This document shows, piece after piece, positions 1 through 9,192 of a DNA stretch of 64,000 nucleotides. The notes below the pieces were generated by a model that had not been told where the DNA came from, ran no database searches, and was given only the letters and a program-made list of their open reading frames with translations. A program made the translations under genes and the position numbers. The DNA is from an uncultured Chloroflexia bacterium (GTDB lineage Bacteria > Chloroflexota > Limnocylindria > QHBO01): NCBI GenBank assembly GCA_963847375.1, contig CAWJZO010000001.1:1346124-1410123 (forward strand). Direction: 5' to 3'. Position 1 is the first letter of the stretch. Every line of letters starts with the position of its first letter.

Positions 1-1
1 A

Positions 2-115
2 TCGCAGGTGCGGCAGGCCGCCGCCGGCAGGCAGTCGCGTACCGTGGAGCAGCGCGACGCCCTCGACGAGGTCTCGCGCCACGACCTGCTCCGCGCGGAT
101 GACGAGCGCACGTGA
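2..115 (+). CDS. 3' end of an upstream gene (partial, product unknown)
   Basis: Open frame from the window edge ending at TGA 113-115, overlapping the GTG start of the next gene (GTGA). Only 37 aa visible, no recognisable domain. Confidence 0.3.
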   Translation, partial: SQVRQAAAGRQSRTVEQRDALDEVSRHDLLRADDERT

Positions 116-798
116 CCGATCGGCTCGGCGTGCGCTGGCCGGATCCGGCCCCATTCGCCGAGCGCGGTGAGCGCCCGATCCGGATTCTCGCCGTCTCGGA
201 CGAGCCCGATCCGTCCCTCGACTCGCCGGGGAACCGCGAGCGGCTCGGCCCGATCGACATGATCATCGGGGCCGGCGACCTCCAACCGGAGTACCTTTCG
301 TTCGTCGTAGACGCCTTCGGAGCGCCACTCCACTACGTCCGAGGTAACCACGACGTCGGCGCCGCCTGGGCGCACACGGAGCCCGCGCTGCTGCCGGAGC
401 CGATGCCGGACGCCAAGCTCGTCGACGAGGCGGGGCTGCGCATCATCGGCTTCTCCGGGTCGCCGACGTACTCCGGGCGAGGGCTCGAGGTGCCGGCCGG
501 CGACATGTGGCGCAAGGCGCTTAACGCCTGGCTGCGCGCCACGCGCGCGCGCCCCGTGCTCGTGGTCAGCCACGCGCCACCCCGCGACGTCAACGACGAC
601 GACGACCTGGCGCACCGCGGGTTCACCGCCTTCCGGTGGCTGATGAGCCGGCTCGAGCCGCCCTTGTGGCTGCACGGCCATACCGCGCTCGTGCGCCGTG
701 GCATCGACGGGCGCTCCGTTCGGATGAACGGGACGCTGTTCTACAACTGCACCGGCGCAACGCTGATCGAGCTGCTGCCACCGATCGCCGATGGATGA
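112..798 (+). CDS. metallophosphoesterase (calcineurin-like)
   Basis: 228 aa ORF with GAGDL, VRGNHD and GHTA metallophosphoesterase motifs. Confidence 0.8.
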   Translation: MTDRLGVRWPDPAPFAERGERPIRILAVSDEPDPSLDSPGNRERLGPIDMIIGAGDLQPEYLSFVVDAFGAPLHYVRGNHDVGAAWAHTEPALLPEPMPDAKLVDEAGLRIIGFSGSPTYSGRGLEVPAGDMWRKALNAWLRATRARPVLVVSHAPPRDVNDDDDLAHRGFTAFRWLMSRLEPPLWLHGHTALVRRGIDGRSVRMNGTLFYNCTGATLIELLPPIADG

Positions 799-1273
799 GC
801 CGGTCCCGATCCGGCGGGCGGCGGTCGGTTGCCTGCTCATCGCCCTCGCCGGCCTGGCGGTTGCGCTCCTCGTGCGACCGGCGATCTTCTACTTCGCGCC
901 GCCACGCGACGACACGGCGGTCGTCGTCGCCACTGCCGCCGAGGTGTTCGATGGGCCGGTGCTGCGCGATGTGCTGCTGACCCGTTCCTATGGCTGGGAC
1001 GGGGAGCGTGATGCTGGCGACGGGCGCGTGCAGCTGAGCGTGATCGTGGCGCCCGGGCCATTCGTCGGGGTGACCGCGGTCGCCGCCGCGAGCCCGGTGA
1101 CCGAGGACTGCGACGTCGTGATCGGTCCGGACGGCCTCTCCGACTGCGAGGGCCGTGCGTGGACCGTCGACGGCGTGCCGCTGCAGACCGGGGTCCCGCC
1201 GCTCGATCGCTTCCCGGCCGAGGTGGTGGCCGGATCGGTGACTGTCGACATGACGCGCACGATCGAGGACTGA
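791..1273 (+). CDS. hypothetical membrane-anchored protein
   Basis: 160 aa ORF overlapping the previous stop. N-terminal hydrophobic helix (CLLIALAGLAVALLV). No family recognised. Confidence 0.5.
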   Translation: MDEPVPIRRAAVGCLLIALAGLAVALLVRPAIFYFAPPRDDTAVVVATAAEVFDGPVLRDVLLTRSYGWDGERDAGDGRVQLSVIVAPGPFVGVTAVAAASPVTEDCDVVIGPDGLSDCEGRAWTVDGVPLQTGVPPLDRFPAEVVAGSVTVDMTRTIED

Positions 1274-1345
1274 GCGCTCGGCACGGCGCGTGCACCAGAG
1301 CGGGCGCGACGCGCCGGCCGCGGCGCATCCGACAAGGAGGACCTC

Positions 1346-1609
1346 ATGCCCGAACTCGGCATCCTGGGGTGGATCATCATCGGCCTCGTCGCCGGCGCGA
1401 TCGCCGGCTTCTTCGTGCCCGGCCGCGAACGGATGGGCTGCATCGGCACGCTGCTGGTCGGGGTCGCCGGTGGTCTGATCGGTGGCTTTCTGTGGGTGAG
1501 CGTGCTCGGCCAGAACGAAGCGTCCGGCTGGCTCGGCGCGCTGGTCATCGCCGTGCTCGGGTCGATCCTCGTCCTCGTTGTCCTCCGCGCGATGAACCGC
1601 GGCACCTGA
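1346..1609 (+). CDS. GlsB/YeaQ/YmgE family (transglycosylase-associated) small membrane protein
   Basis: 87 aa. GWIIIGLVAGAIAG and GVAGGLIGGFL glycine-zipper helices typical of the family. GGAGG-type RBS (aaggagga) upstream. Confidence 0.8.
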   Translation: MPELGILGWIIIGLVAGAIAGFFVPGRERMGCIGTLLVGVAGGLIGGFLWVSVLGQNEASGWLGALVIAVLGSILVLVVLRAMNRGT

Positions 1610-1832
1610 GGGTTCGCGGCGCGGCGATTTCACGGGGTGAAGCTATCTGCGAAGAACGGGCCCTCGTTCGCCGAAGCGGTCATCCGGTGCAAGCCACCGC
1701 CGACCACGAACCGAGAACGGCCCATTCTTGGCCGATACCTCCACTGGTGAAATCGCGCGGCCGGTTGCGCAGGTCCGTGCTTTCAGCGACGATACCGATG
1801 CGCCGCGCTGTGACCACGCGCGGCGTTTCGTG

Positions 1833-1908
1833 GTGGCCTTAGCTCAACCGGCAGAGCATCGGATTGTGGATCCGAAGGTTACGGGTTCGACCCCCGTAGG
1901 CCACCCCA
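1833..1908 (+). tRNA. tRNA-His (anticodon GTG)
   Basis: Cloverleaf readable by eye. Extra 5' G(-1), D-arm AGCTCAACCGGCAGAGC, anticodon arm TCGGA-TTGTGGA-TCCGA, T-arm ACGGGTTCGACCCCCGT, encoded CCA end. Confidence 0.9.
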
Positions 1909-1914
1909 ACCTGC

Positions 1915-3099
1915 TCAGGTTCCGTTGCCGGATCGCGTGGCCACGACGTGGACGTCGACGTCGCCGGCTCCGTCGAGGAGGCGTGCTGCGAGGTCTGCTC
2001 GGCCGAGGCCCCACCGCTTCCGGCTGGATCGGGTGACGTACACCGACTCGACGTTGCGCTCGCGCACGACGTGCATGACCTCGTCGGCCGGGTCCCCGCC
2101 CGTGCGTCGGACGATCTCGGCGCCGAGGTCATCGGCCAGGCGTAGGTTCTCCTCGAGCTGCGCGCGGTCCTCCGGCGAGGCGCCACCCCAGCCCGACGGC
2201 TCGACCCAGATGACGGTCAGCGGCGCTTGGAGCGCGTTCGCGTTGCGCCAGGCACGGCGGAGGGTATGACCGAAGCCCGGTGAGGCATCCACCGCGACGG
2301 CGACCCCCTGGCTGGCCGGCCAGGACGCGTCGACCGCCTGGTCGCGCATGTACGCCTCGAGGTTCTCCTCGACGACGCTCGAGAGCCGCCGCAGGACGAG
2401 CTCACGCAGCGCCGTGAGGTTTCCCTCGCGGAAGAAGCCCTGCAGCGCCTGCTCGGCCCGCTCGGGCGGGTACACGTTTCCGTGGCGCAGGCGCTGGCGC
2501 AGGGCATGAGGGGTCATGTCGACCAGCTGGACCTCGTCGGCGCTGTCGAGGACGTGGTCGGGCACGCGCTCGCGAACGGCCACGTCGGTGATGCGCTCGA
2601 CGATGTCAGCCAGGCTCTCGACGTGCTGGACGTTCATCGTGCTGATGACGGTGATGCCATGGTCGAGCAGCTCGTTGGCGTCCTGCCATCGCTTCTCGTG
2701 CTTCGAGCCCGGGGCGTTGGTGTGCGCGATCTCGTCGACGAGGACGACGTGCGGGTCTCGCGCGATGACCGCGTCGAGATCCATCTCCTCGAGCGTCACG
2801 CCGCGGTACTCGATCTGCCTGCGAGGCACGATCTCGAGATCGCCGATCGCCTCGATGGTGTGCTTGCGGCCATAGGTCTCGACGAAGCCGATGACGGCGT
2901 CGGTCCCGCGATCGCGCCTGCGCTTGAGCTCCTCCAGGGCGGCGTACGTCTTGCCGACCCCGGGCGCCATGCCGACGTAGAGCCGATGGCGCCCGCGGGC
3001 GCCCGCGCCTGCCTCGCGGCGGACGCGCTCGAGCATCTGCTCCGCGCTGGGCCGACCCGGATCGCGGGGTCCCTCGGTCTGGGCCACGTCCCGGATCAA
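1915..3099 (-). CDS. kdpD: KdpD N-terminal sensor domain plus USP-like domain (stand-alone, no kinase core)
   Basis: 394 aa. GVGKTYAALEE Walker-like motif and the VISTMNVQHVESL region typical of the KdpD N-terminal domain, then a USP-like C-terminus. Lies directly downstream of kdpC. Confidence 0.8.
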   Translation of the reverse strand: MIRDVAQTEGPRDPGRPSAEQMLERVRREAGAGARGRHRLYVGMAPGVGKTYAALEELKRRRDRGTDAVIGFVETYGRKHTIEAIGDLEIVPRRQIEYRGVTLEEMDLDAVIARDPHVVLVDEIAHTNAPGSKHEKRWQDANELLDHGITVISTMNVQHVESLADIVERITDVAVRERVPDHVLDSADEVQLVDMTPHALRQRLRHGNVYPPERAEQALQGFFREGNLTALRELVLRRLSSVVEENLEAYMRDQAVDASWPASQGVAVAVDASPGFGHTLRRAWRNANALQAPLTVIWVEPSGWGGASPEDRAQLEENLRLADDLGAEIVRRTGGDPADEVMHVVRERNVESVYVTRSSRKRWGLGRADLAARLLDGAGDVDVHVVATRSGNGT

Positions 3100-3106
3100 A
3101 ACACGC

Positions 3107-3706
3107 TCAGCCGGAGCCGTCGATGGGCGCGACCTCGTCGAGCGCGAGGTTCAGCTCGAGCACGTTGACGCCCGGCTCACCGAGGATCCCTAGGGAGCGG
3201 CCGTCGGTGTGCTCGGCGACGAGCGTCCGCACCTCGTCCTCTGAGAGGCCCCGGACGGCGGCCACGCGGGGGAGCTGGAGCAGCGCGTTGGCGATCGAGA
3301 TGTGCGGATCCAGCCCGCTCGCCGAGGCCGTGACGGCGTCGACCGGCACGAGCGCGTCATCGGCCAATCCGTTGACCTCGCGGTACGCGGCCACGCGCTC
3401 CGCGACGCTGGCGTGCAGGTCGGCGCTGGTGGGGCCGAGGTTCGAGCCGCTCGAAGCCGATCCGTCGTACCCGTCGCCGGCCGCCGACGGGCGCGAGTGG
3501 AAGTACGCGTCGCCGCTGAACGGCTGACCCATCAGGCGCGAGCCGACGACGTCGCCGGACTCGTTGCGGATGAGGCTGCCATTGGCCTGGTCGGGGAAGA
3601 TGACCAGGGCCAGGCCGGTTATCGCGAGCGGGTAGACGAGCCCGGTGAGGACCGTGAAGACAAGCAGCGCGACGAGGGCGGAGCGCACCTGCCGGATGAT
3701 CTCCAT
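3107..3706 (-). CDS. kdpC: K+-transporting ATPase subunit C
   Basis: 199 aa. N-terminal TM helix, then FHSRPSA, SGSNLGP and ASGLDPHIS KdpC signature stretches. Confidence 0.9.
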   Translation of the reverse strand: MEIIRQVRSALVALLVFTVLTGLVYPLAITGLALVIFPDQANGSLIRNESGDVVGSRLMGQPFSGDAYFHSRPSAAGDGYDGSASSGSNLGPTSADLHASVAERVAAYREVNGLADDALVPVDAVTASASGLDPHISIANALLQLPRVAAVRGLSEDEVRTLVAEHTDGRSLGILGEPGVNVLELNLALDEVAPIDGSG

Positions 3707-3716
3707 CGCTTGCCTC

Positions 3717-5864
3717 CTACGCCAGCCCGATCGCCGAGACGATCACGTCGATGGCCTTGATGCCGATGAACGGGACGAGGATCCCGCCCAGCCCGTAGAT
3801 CAGCAGGTTGCGCCGCAGCAGGTCGGCGGCCGGCGCCGGCCGGTAGGCGACGCCGCGCAGGGAGAGGGGAACGAGTCCGATGATGATGAGGGCGTTGAAG
3901 ATGACCGCCGACAGGATCGCGCTCTCAGGGGTGGCGAGGCCCATGACGTTGAGGGCGCCGAGCTCCGGGTAGGTGGCCACGAACGCGGCGGGGATGATCG
4001 CGAAGTACTTCGCCACGTCGTTTGCGATGCTGAAGGTCGTGATCGCGCCGCGCGTAATGAGCAGCTGCTTGCCGATGGCGACGACCTCGATGAGCTTCGT
4101 CGGGTTCGAGTCGAGGTCGACCATGTTGGCCGCCTCCTTGGCCGCGGCCGTGCCCGAGTTCATGGCCAGCCCGACGTCGGCCTGTGCAAGCGCGGGCGCG
4201 TCGTTCGTGCCGTCGCCGGTCATGGCGACGAGGCGCCCGGAGGCCTGCTGCTCGCGGATGATGTCGATCTTCTGCTCGGGCTTCGCCTCCGCCACGAAGT
4301 CGTCGACGCCCGCCTCGGCTGCGATCGTGGCCGCCGTGAGCGGGTTGTCGCCGGTGACCATGATCGTGCGGATGCCCATCCTGTGGAACTCCTCGAACCG
4401 CTCGCGCATGCCCGGCTTTACGGTGTCCTTGAGGTAAATGAGGCCGAGAAGCCTGCGGTCGGCGGCCACCGCGAGCGGCGTCCCGCCGGCTCGCGAGATG
4501 CGCTCGACCTCGGCGGTCATCTGCGAAGTCGCCTCGGGTGAACCGATCGATGCCAGCACCGCGTCGACGGCGCCCTTGGCATACGCGCGGCCGTCGAGGC
4601 GGAGGCCGCTCATCCGCGTCTCGGCGCTGAAGGCCACGACCTCGGCGCCATCGGGCACCGCACCGTCCGAGGCGACGCCGTGCTGCTCCGCCAACGCAAC
4701 GATCGAGCGCCCCTCGGGGGTCTCGTCGCCCAGGCTGGCCCGGTGCGCCGCAGCCGCCAGCTCGGTCGGCCCAACGCCGTCGACCGGCACGAACTCCGCG
4801 GCGAGGCGGTTGCCGTAGGTGATCGTCCCCGTCTTGTCGAGGAGCAGGGTGTCGACGTCTCCGGCCGCTTCGACGGCGCGCCCGGACATGGCGAGCACGT
4901 TGAATCGCGTGACGCGGTCCATGCCGGCGATGCCGATCGCCGACAGCAGGCCGCCGATCGTGGTCGGGATGAGGCACACGAGCAGCGCCACCAGGATCAC
5001 GGTCGCCACCGGATCCCCGGCGTGGATCGCGAACGGCTGAAGTGTGCCCACGGCCAGCAGGAAGACGATCGTGAGCGCGGCGAGCAGGATCGCCAGCGCG
5101 ATCTCGTTCGGCGTGCGCTGCCGCACCGCGCCCTCGACGAGCGCGATCATGCGATCCAGGAAGCTGGACCCCGGATCGCTCGTGATCCGGATCCGGAGCC
5201 GGTCGCTGACGACCTGCGTCCCACCGGTGACGGAAGAGCGGATGTCGGTGCCCGGCTCCTTGAGGACCGGGGCCGATTCGCCGGTGATGGCGGCCTCGTT
5301 GACATAGGCCACGCCCTCGATCACCTCGCCGTCGCCGGGGATGAGCTCGCCCTCCTCCACGAGGACGACGTCGCCACTGCGCAGCCGGCTGGAGCTGACC
5401 ATCTCGACCGCGGCGCCCTTCACCAGGCGCGCCGGCGTCTCGCGCTGGGTGGCGCGCAGGGTCGTCGCCTGGGCGCGACCGCGAGCCTCGGCCATCGCCT
5501 CGGCGAAGTTCGCGAAGAGGACGGTGAACCACAGCCACAGGGAGATCTGGAGGCTGAAGCCCGCGGCGGCGTCGCCGCTGACGAACTGCGTGCTCGTCAC
5601 GTACGTCGTGAGCACAGCACCGATACCGACCACGAACATCACCGGGTTGCCGACGAGGTGCCGCGGGTCGAGCTTCACGAAGGACTGGCCGATCGCCGCA
5701 CGCACGAGCGGGCCGGAGAAGAGCGGCGCACGGCCGCGTCGTCGCGCGGTGAGCTCCTTCATCGCATCGGTCTCGGCGGTGCGACGGGTCGGCGGTGTCA
5801 GGCCGCGGGTCGGATCGGCGTCGCGATCGGGGATCGGGTGGGTGGGTGGAAGCGAGTCGGTCAT
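3717..5864 (-). CDS. kdpB: K+-transporting P-type ATPase subunit B
   Basis: 715 aa. DKTGTIT phosphorylation motif, [16 protein letters not shown]. Confidence 0.95.
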   Translation of the reverse strand: MTDSLPPTHPIPDRDADPTRGLTPPTRRTAETDAMKELTARRRGRAPLFSGPLVRAAIGQSFVKLDPRHLVGNPVMFVVGIGAVLTTYVTSTQFVSGDAAAGFSLQISLWLWFTVLFANFAEAMAEARGRAQATTLRATQRETPARLVKGAAVEMVSSSRLRSGDVVLVEEGELIPGDGEVIEGVAYVNEAAITGESAPVLKEPGTDIRSSVTGGTQVVSDRLRIRITSDPGSSFLDRMIALVEGAVRQRTPNEIALAILLAALTIVFLLAVGTLQPFAIHAGDPVATVILVALLVCLIPTTIGGLLSAIGIAGMDRVTRFNVLAMSGRAVEAAGDVDTLLLDKTGTITYGNRLAAEFVPVDGVGPTELAAAAHRASLGDETPEGRSIVALAEQHGVASDGAVPDGAEVVAFSAETRMSGLRLDGRAYAKGAVDAVLASIGSPEATSQMTAEVERISRAGGTPLAVAADRRLLGLIYLKDTVKPGMRERFEEFHRMGIRTIMVTGDNPLTAATIAAEAGVDDFVAEAKPEQKIDIIREQQASGRLVAMTGDGTNDAPALAQADVGLAMNSGTAAAKEAANMVDLDSNPTKLIEVVAIGKQLLITRGAITTFSIANDVAKYFAIIPAAFVATYPELGALNVMGLATPESAILSAVIFNALIIIGLVPLSLRGVAYRPAPAADLLRRNLLIYGLGGILVPFIGIKAIDVIVSAIGLA

Positions 5865-5868
5865 CGGC

Positions 5869-7596
5869 CTAGAAGGTCACTCCGGCCTGCAGCAGGAGAT
5901 GTTCGACGATCGGCCCCAGCGCAAGGGCCGGAATGAAGGTCAGCGCGCCGACGAGGATCACCGTCCCGATCAGGAGCGCAACGAACAGCGGCGTATGCGT
6001 CGGCAGCGTGCCGAGGCTCGGCGGGACGGGCTGCTTCGCCGCCAGCGCGCCGGCGATCGCAAGCACGGGGATCGCGAGCCAGTAGCGCGACGCGATCATC
6101 GCGAAGCCGCCGATGGTGTTGACCAGCCCCTGGTTGGCGGTATAGCCGGCGAAGGCGCTGCCGTTGTTGTTGCCCATGGAGCTGAACGCGTAGAGGATCT
6201 CGCTGAAGCCGTGCGGCCCGGAGTCCTGGAGCCCGGCGATTCCCATCGGCGCGAGCACCGTGATGGCCGTCCCGACGAGCACCATGAGCGGTGGGATGAG
6301 GATGACGAGGACCGCCATCTTCATCTCGAACGGGCCAATTTTCTTGCCGAGGTACTCCGGCGTGCGGCCGACCATCAGACCGGCGATGAAGACGGCGAGG
6401 ATGGCGAAGATCAGCATCCCGTACAGGCCGGAGCCGACGCCGCCGAAGACGACCTCGCCGAGCTGCATGAGGAACATCGGGACTGCGCCGCCGATGGGGG
6501 TGAACGAGTCGTGCATCGCGTTCACCGACCCGTTGCTGGCTGCGGTCGTGGCGGTCGCCCACAGGGCAGAGTTGGCGATCCCGAAGCGGACCTCCTTGCC
6601 CTCCATGTTGCCGCCGGACTGCGTCTCGCTGGCCACCTGGTCGACGCCGGCAGCGGTGAGCATCGGGTTGCCGCCCTGCTCGCTGAGCGCGGCCACGCCG
6701 AGGAGGACGACGAACATGATCGTCATCGCGGCGAGCACCGCCCAGCCCTGGCGGGTGTCGCCGACCATCTTCCCGAATGTGTAGCAGAGGGCGCCGGCGA
6801 TCAGCAGGATCGCGAGCATCTCGCCGAAGTTCGACAACGTGGTGGCGTTCTCGAACGGGTGCGACGAGTTGACGTTGAAGAAGCCGCCGCCGTTCGTCCC
6901 GAGCTGCTTGATCGCGATTTGCGCGGCGGCCGGACCCATGCCGAGGAGCTGCTCGCCGCCCTCCAGCATCTGGACCGGCTGGTAGGCCGAGAGGTTCTGG
7001 ATCACGCCCTGCGAGACCTGGAGCAGTGCCAGGACGATCGCCAGCGGCAGAAGGATGTAAAGCGTTCCCCGCGTCAGGTCGACCCAGAAGTTGCCGAGCG
7101 TCGTGGCCGAGCGCGCGCGGAGCCCGCGGATGAAGGCGATGAGCACCGCCATGCCGGTGGCGGCCGACACGAAGTTCTGGACGGTGAGCGCCAGCATCTG
7201 GGTCAGGTAGCTCATCGTCGTCTCGCCGCCGTACGACTGCCAGTTCGTGTTCGATGCGAAGCTCGCCGCCGTGTTGAACGCGAGATCCGGCGCCACGCCC
7301 GGGAATCCCTGCGGGTTCAGCGGGAGGCCGCCCTGGAGACGCTGCAGCGCGTACACGGCGAGCAGGCCGAGGCCGTTGAAGATCAACATCGCCACCGCGT
7401 AACGCTTCCAGCCCATCTCATCGGCCTCATCGGTGCCGAACAGCCGGTACAGCAGGCGCTCGAACGGGCCGAAGGCGCGCGACAGCAGCGTCGGATGGCC
7501 CTCGTAGACGCGCGCCATGTACGAACCGAGCGGCTTGGCCGCAAGCAGAAGGATCGCGATGTACACGCCGATCTGGAGGGCGCCGTTCAGGGTCAT
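5869..7596 (-). CDS. kdpA: K+-transporting ATPase subunit A
   Basis: 575 aa polytopic membrane protein with KdpA selectivity-filter-like [14 protein letters not shown] and SNGS motifs. Confidence 0.95.
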   Translation of the reverse strand: MTLNGALQIGVYIAILLLAAKPLGSYMARVYEGHPTLLSRAFGPFERLLYRLFGTDEADEMGWKRYAVAMLIFNGLGLLAVYALQRLQGGLPLNPQGFPGVAPDLAFNTAASFASNTNWQSYGGETTMSYLTQMLALTVQNFVSAATGMAVLIAFIRGLRARSATTLGNFWVDLTRGTLYILLPLAIVLALLQVSQGVIQNLSAYQPVQMLEGGEQLLGMGPAAAQIAIKQLGTNGGGFFNVNSSHPFENATTLSNFGEMLAILLIAGALCYTFGKMVGDTRQGWAVLAAMTIMFVVLLGVAALSEQGGNPMLTAAGVDQVASETQSGGNMEGKEVRFGIANSALWATATTAASNGSVNAMHDSFTPIGGAVPMFLMQLGEVVFGGVGSGLYGMLIFAILAVFIAGLMVGRTPEYLGKKIGPFEMKMAVLVILIPPLMVLVGTAITVLAPMGIAGLQDSGPHGFSEILYAFSSMGNNNGSAFAGYTANQGLVNTIGGFAMIASRYWLAIPVLAIAGALAAKQPVPPSLGTLPTHTPLFVALLIGTVILVGALTFIPALALGPIVEHLLLQAGVTF

Positions 7597-7679
7597 CCGA
7601 CGCGCTCGCCGAGGACGACGAGGCCGTAGGTCAGCAGTGCGGCGAGAAGGATCACGAGCAGGATCAGCACGTCATCCAT
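7593..7679 (-). CDS. 28-aa hydrophobic peptide, KdpF-like (second copy)
   Basis: [28 protein letters not shown]. Its stop overlaps the kdpA start (ATGA) and its start overlaps the upstream ORF stop. Its C-terminal pattern LLxYxLVV..ER(V/F)G is shared with the KdpF peptide at 7926-8018. Confidence 0.5.
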   Translation of the reverse strand: MDDVLILLVILLAALLTYGLVVLGERVG

Positions 7680-7929
7680 GGGCTCGACCGATGCGGATCG
7701 TGATGGCACGCAGACCGAGCTCGACGCGCGCCTCGACGCCGTGGTCGGCGGCGATCCGGTCAGCCAGCTGCGCCACCGCTGAGGCGCGGTCGGACCGCGC
7801 GACGGTGATCGTCGCCACGGGCGCGACACCAAGAGCAACGAGCTCGCATGCCGCCGCCAGGCGCATGGTCGGATGCGCCGCATCGCCATCCGGATGGCCG
7901 GCCGGGGCAGGCAGGTCGTGGCCCATCAT
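7672..7929 (-). CDS. 85-aa hypothetical protein nested in the kdp operon
   Basis: ATGATG start overlaps the kdpF stop (GGATGATGG) and its stop overlaps the next peptide start (ATGGATGA). GC3-rich codon pattern. Hidden inside a longer spurious 210-aa ORF on the track. No family recognised. Confidence 0.4.
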   Translation of the reverse strand: MMGHDLPAPAGHPDGDAAHPTMRLAAACELVALGVAPVATITVARSDRASAVAQLADRIAADHGVEARVELGLRAITIRIGRAHG

Positions 7930-8018
7930 CCGAAGCGCTCTGGCATGAGCAGGGCGACGACCAGGTAGACGAGCAGCAGGACGGCGAGAATGGCCGAGGC
8001 CGCGAGCTCGACCTCCAT
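7926..8018 (-). CDS. kdpF: K+-transporting ATPase subunit F
   Basis: 30 aa, MEVELAASAILAVLLLVYLVVALLMPERFG. Matches the KdpF pattern (single TM helix ending YL..ALL.PE+F). Its start overlaps the upstream regulator stop (ATGA). Confidence 0.65.
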   Translation of the reverse strand: MEVELAASAILAVLLLVYLVVALLMPERFG

Positions 8019-8416
8019 CAGGCGTCGGTCCCTTCGGTGCAGATGCGGACGAGCGCCTCGATCGGGAAGGGCTTCGGCAGGTAGGCGTCGACCGCGAACT
8101 CGCGAAGCTTCTCCGGCGGGATGCGCACGGCCGAGACGACGATCGTCCGCGGCGTCTTGCCGCGGGCGTGGAGGGCGCGGAGGACGTCCCAGCCCGTACG
8201 GTCGGGCAGGTTGATATCGAGGAGCAGCAGGTCGGGCAGGTCACCCCCATCGAGGGCATCGAGCGCCTCGGCAGCGTTGCGCGCCTCGGAGACGGCGACG
8301 CCACGATGCTCCAAGTTGCGCCGAATGATCATGCGGAGCGGCGCCTCGTCCTCGACGACGAGCACGTGGCGGACGACCGGCGGTGCCTCCGAGCTGGGAG
8401 GCGGACTCGTTGACAT
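8018..8416 (-). CDS. single-domain response regulator (receiver only)
   Basis: 132 aa. VLVVEDE...LLLLDINLPDRTGWDV...KP receiver motifs and no output domain. Confidence 0.8.
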   Translation of the reverse strand: MSTSPPPSSEAPPVVRHVLVVEDEAPLRMIIRRNLEHRGVAVSEARNAAEALDALDGGDLPDLLLLDINLPDRTGWDVLRALHARGKTPRTIVVSAVRIPPEKLREFAVDAYLPKPFPIEALVRICTEGTDA

Positions 8417-8484
8417 TGCGCTCAGGATGCGACCGCGGGCCTCAACGCCGGGTCAACGGGCGAGGTCCGCGCCTCAACAGGCGC

Positions 8485-9192
8485 TCAACGATCCTCCGTT
8501 GCCTGCTCCATGAGCCGATAGCCGACGCCAGGCTCGGTCCTGATGTAGCGCGGCCGCGACGGATCCGGCTCGAGCTTCTTGCGAAGGCGGGCCATATAGA
8601 CGTGGACGTAATGGTTCTCCGACCCGTACTCCGCGCCCCACACGCGCCGCAGCAGGGCGCGATCGGTCAGGACCGCTCCGGGGCTCGCCGCAAGTGCGGT
8701 CAGGAGGCCGTACTCGGTCGGGGTCAGGTGGACCACATCGTCGCCGATGGACACTCGTCGCTTTTCGAGGTCGATCGTCAACTCACCGCTGCGGAAGACG
8801 GCATCGGTTCCGGTCGGCGAGCGCGCCGCGTGGCGGAGGGCCACCCGCACGCGTGCCAGCAGCTCGTCGACGCCGAACGGCTTCGTGAGGTAGTCGTCGG
8901 CGCCGGCGTCGAGGGCGCGGACCTTGTCGGGCTCCGCGCCCCGCACCGATAGCACGACGATCGGGGTTGTGGTCCGCTCACGGAGCCGATCGATGACGTC
9001 GAAGCCGCTCACGTCCGGCAGGCCGAGGTCGAGGAGCACGAGGTCCGGCCCGAATCGCTCGGCCGCCTCGAGGCCGCCCTCCCCCGTGTCGGCGACCTGC
9101 ACCCGGAATCCGTGGCCCTCGAGGTTGTGAGCCAGCGTTCGGCTGACCGACGGGTCGTCCTCGATGACGAGCACCCGCGCTCCGTCGTTCAT
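8485..9192 (-). CDS. kdpE: OmpR-family response regulator KdpE
   Basis: 235 aa. Receiver domain plus winged-helix (LTPTEYGLLTALA...YIRTEPGVGYRL). Overlaps the upstream kinase stop. Confidence 0.85.
   Translation of the reverse strand: MNDGARVLVIEDDPSVSRTLAHNLEGHGFRVQVADTGEGGLEAAERFGPDLVLLDLGLPDVSGFDVIDRLRERTTTPIVVLSVRGAEPDKVRALDAGADDYLTKPFGVDELLARVRVALRHAARSPTGTDAVFRSGELTIDLEKRRVSIGDDVVHLTPTEYGLLTALAASPGAVLTDRALLRRVWGAEYGSENHYVHVYMARLRKKLEPDPSRPRYIRTEPGVGYRLMEQATEDR

Noticed and set aside
623-1633. Long antisense or overlapping ORFs throughout the window, for example 623-1633, 3925-5538, 5341-7629, 13174-14703, 13306-15723, 53997-55502, 51211-52599 and 52678-53877.
   Set aside because: They have Arg/Pro/Ala/Gly-rich low-complexity translations and lie opposite or out of frame to genes with clear family motifs. 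This is the typical stop-codon-poor artefact of very GC-rich DNA.
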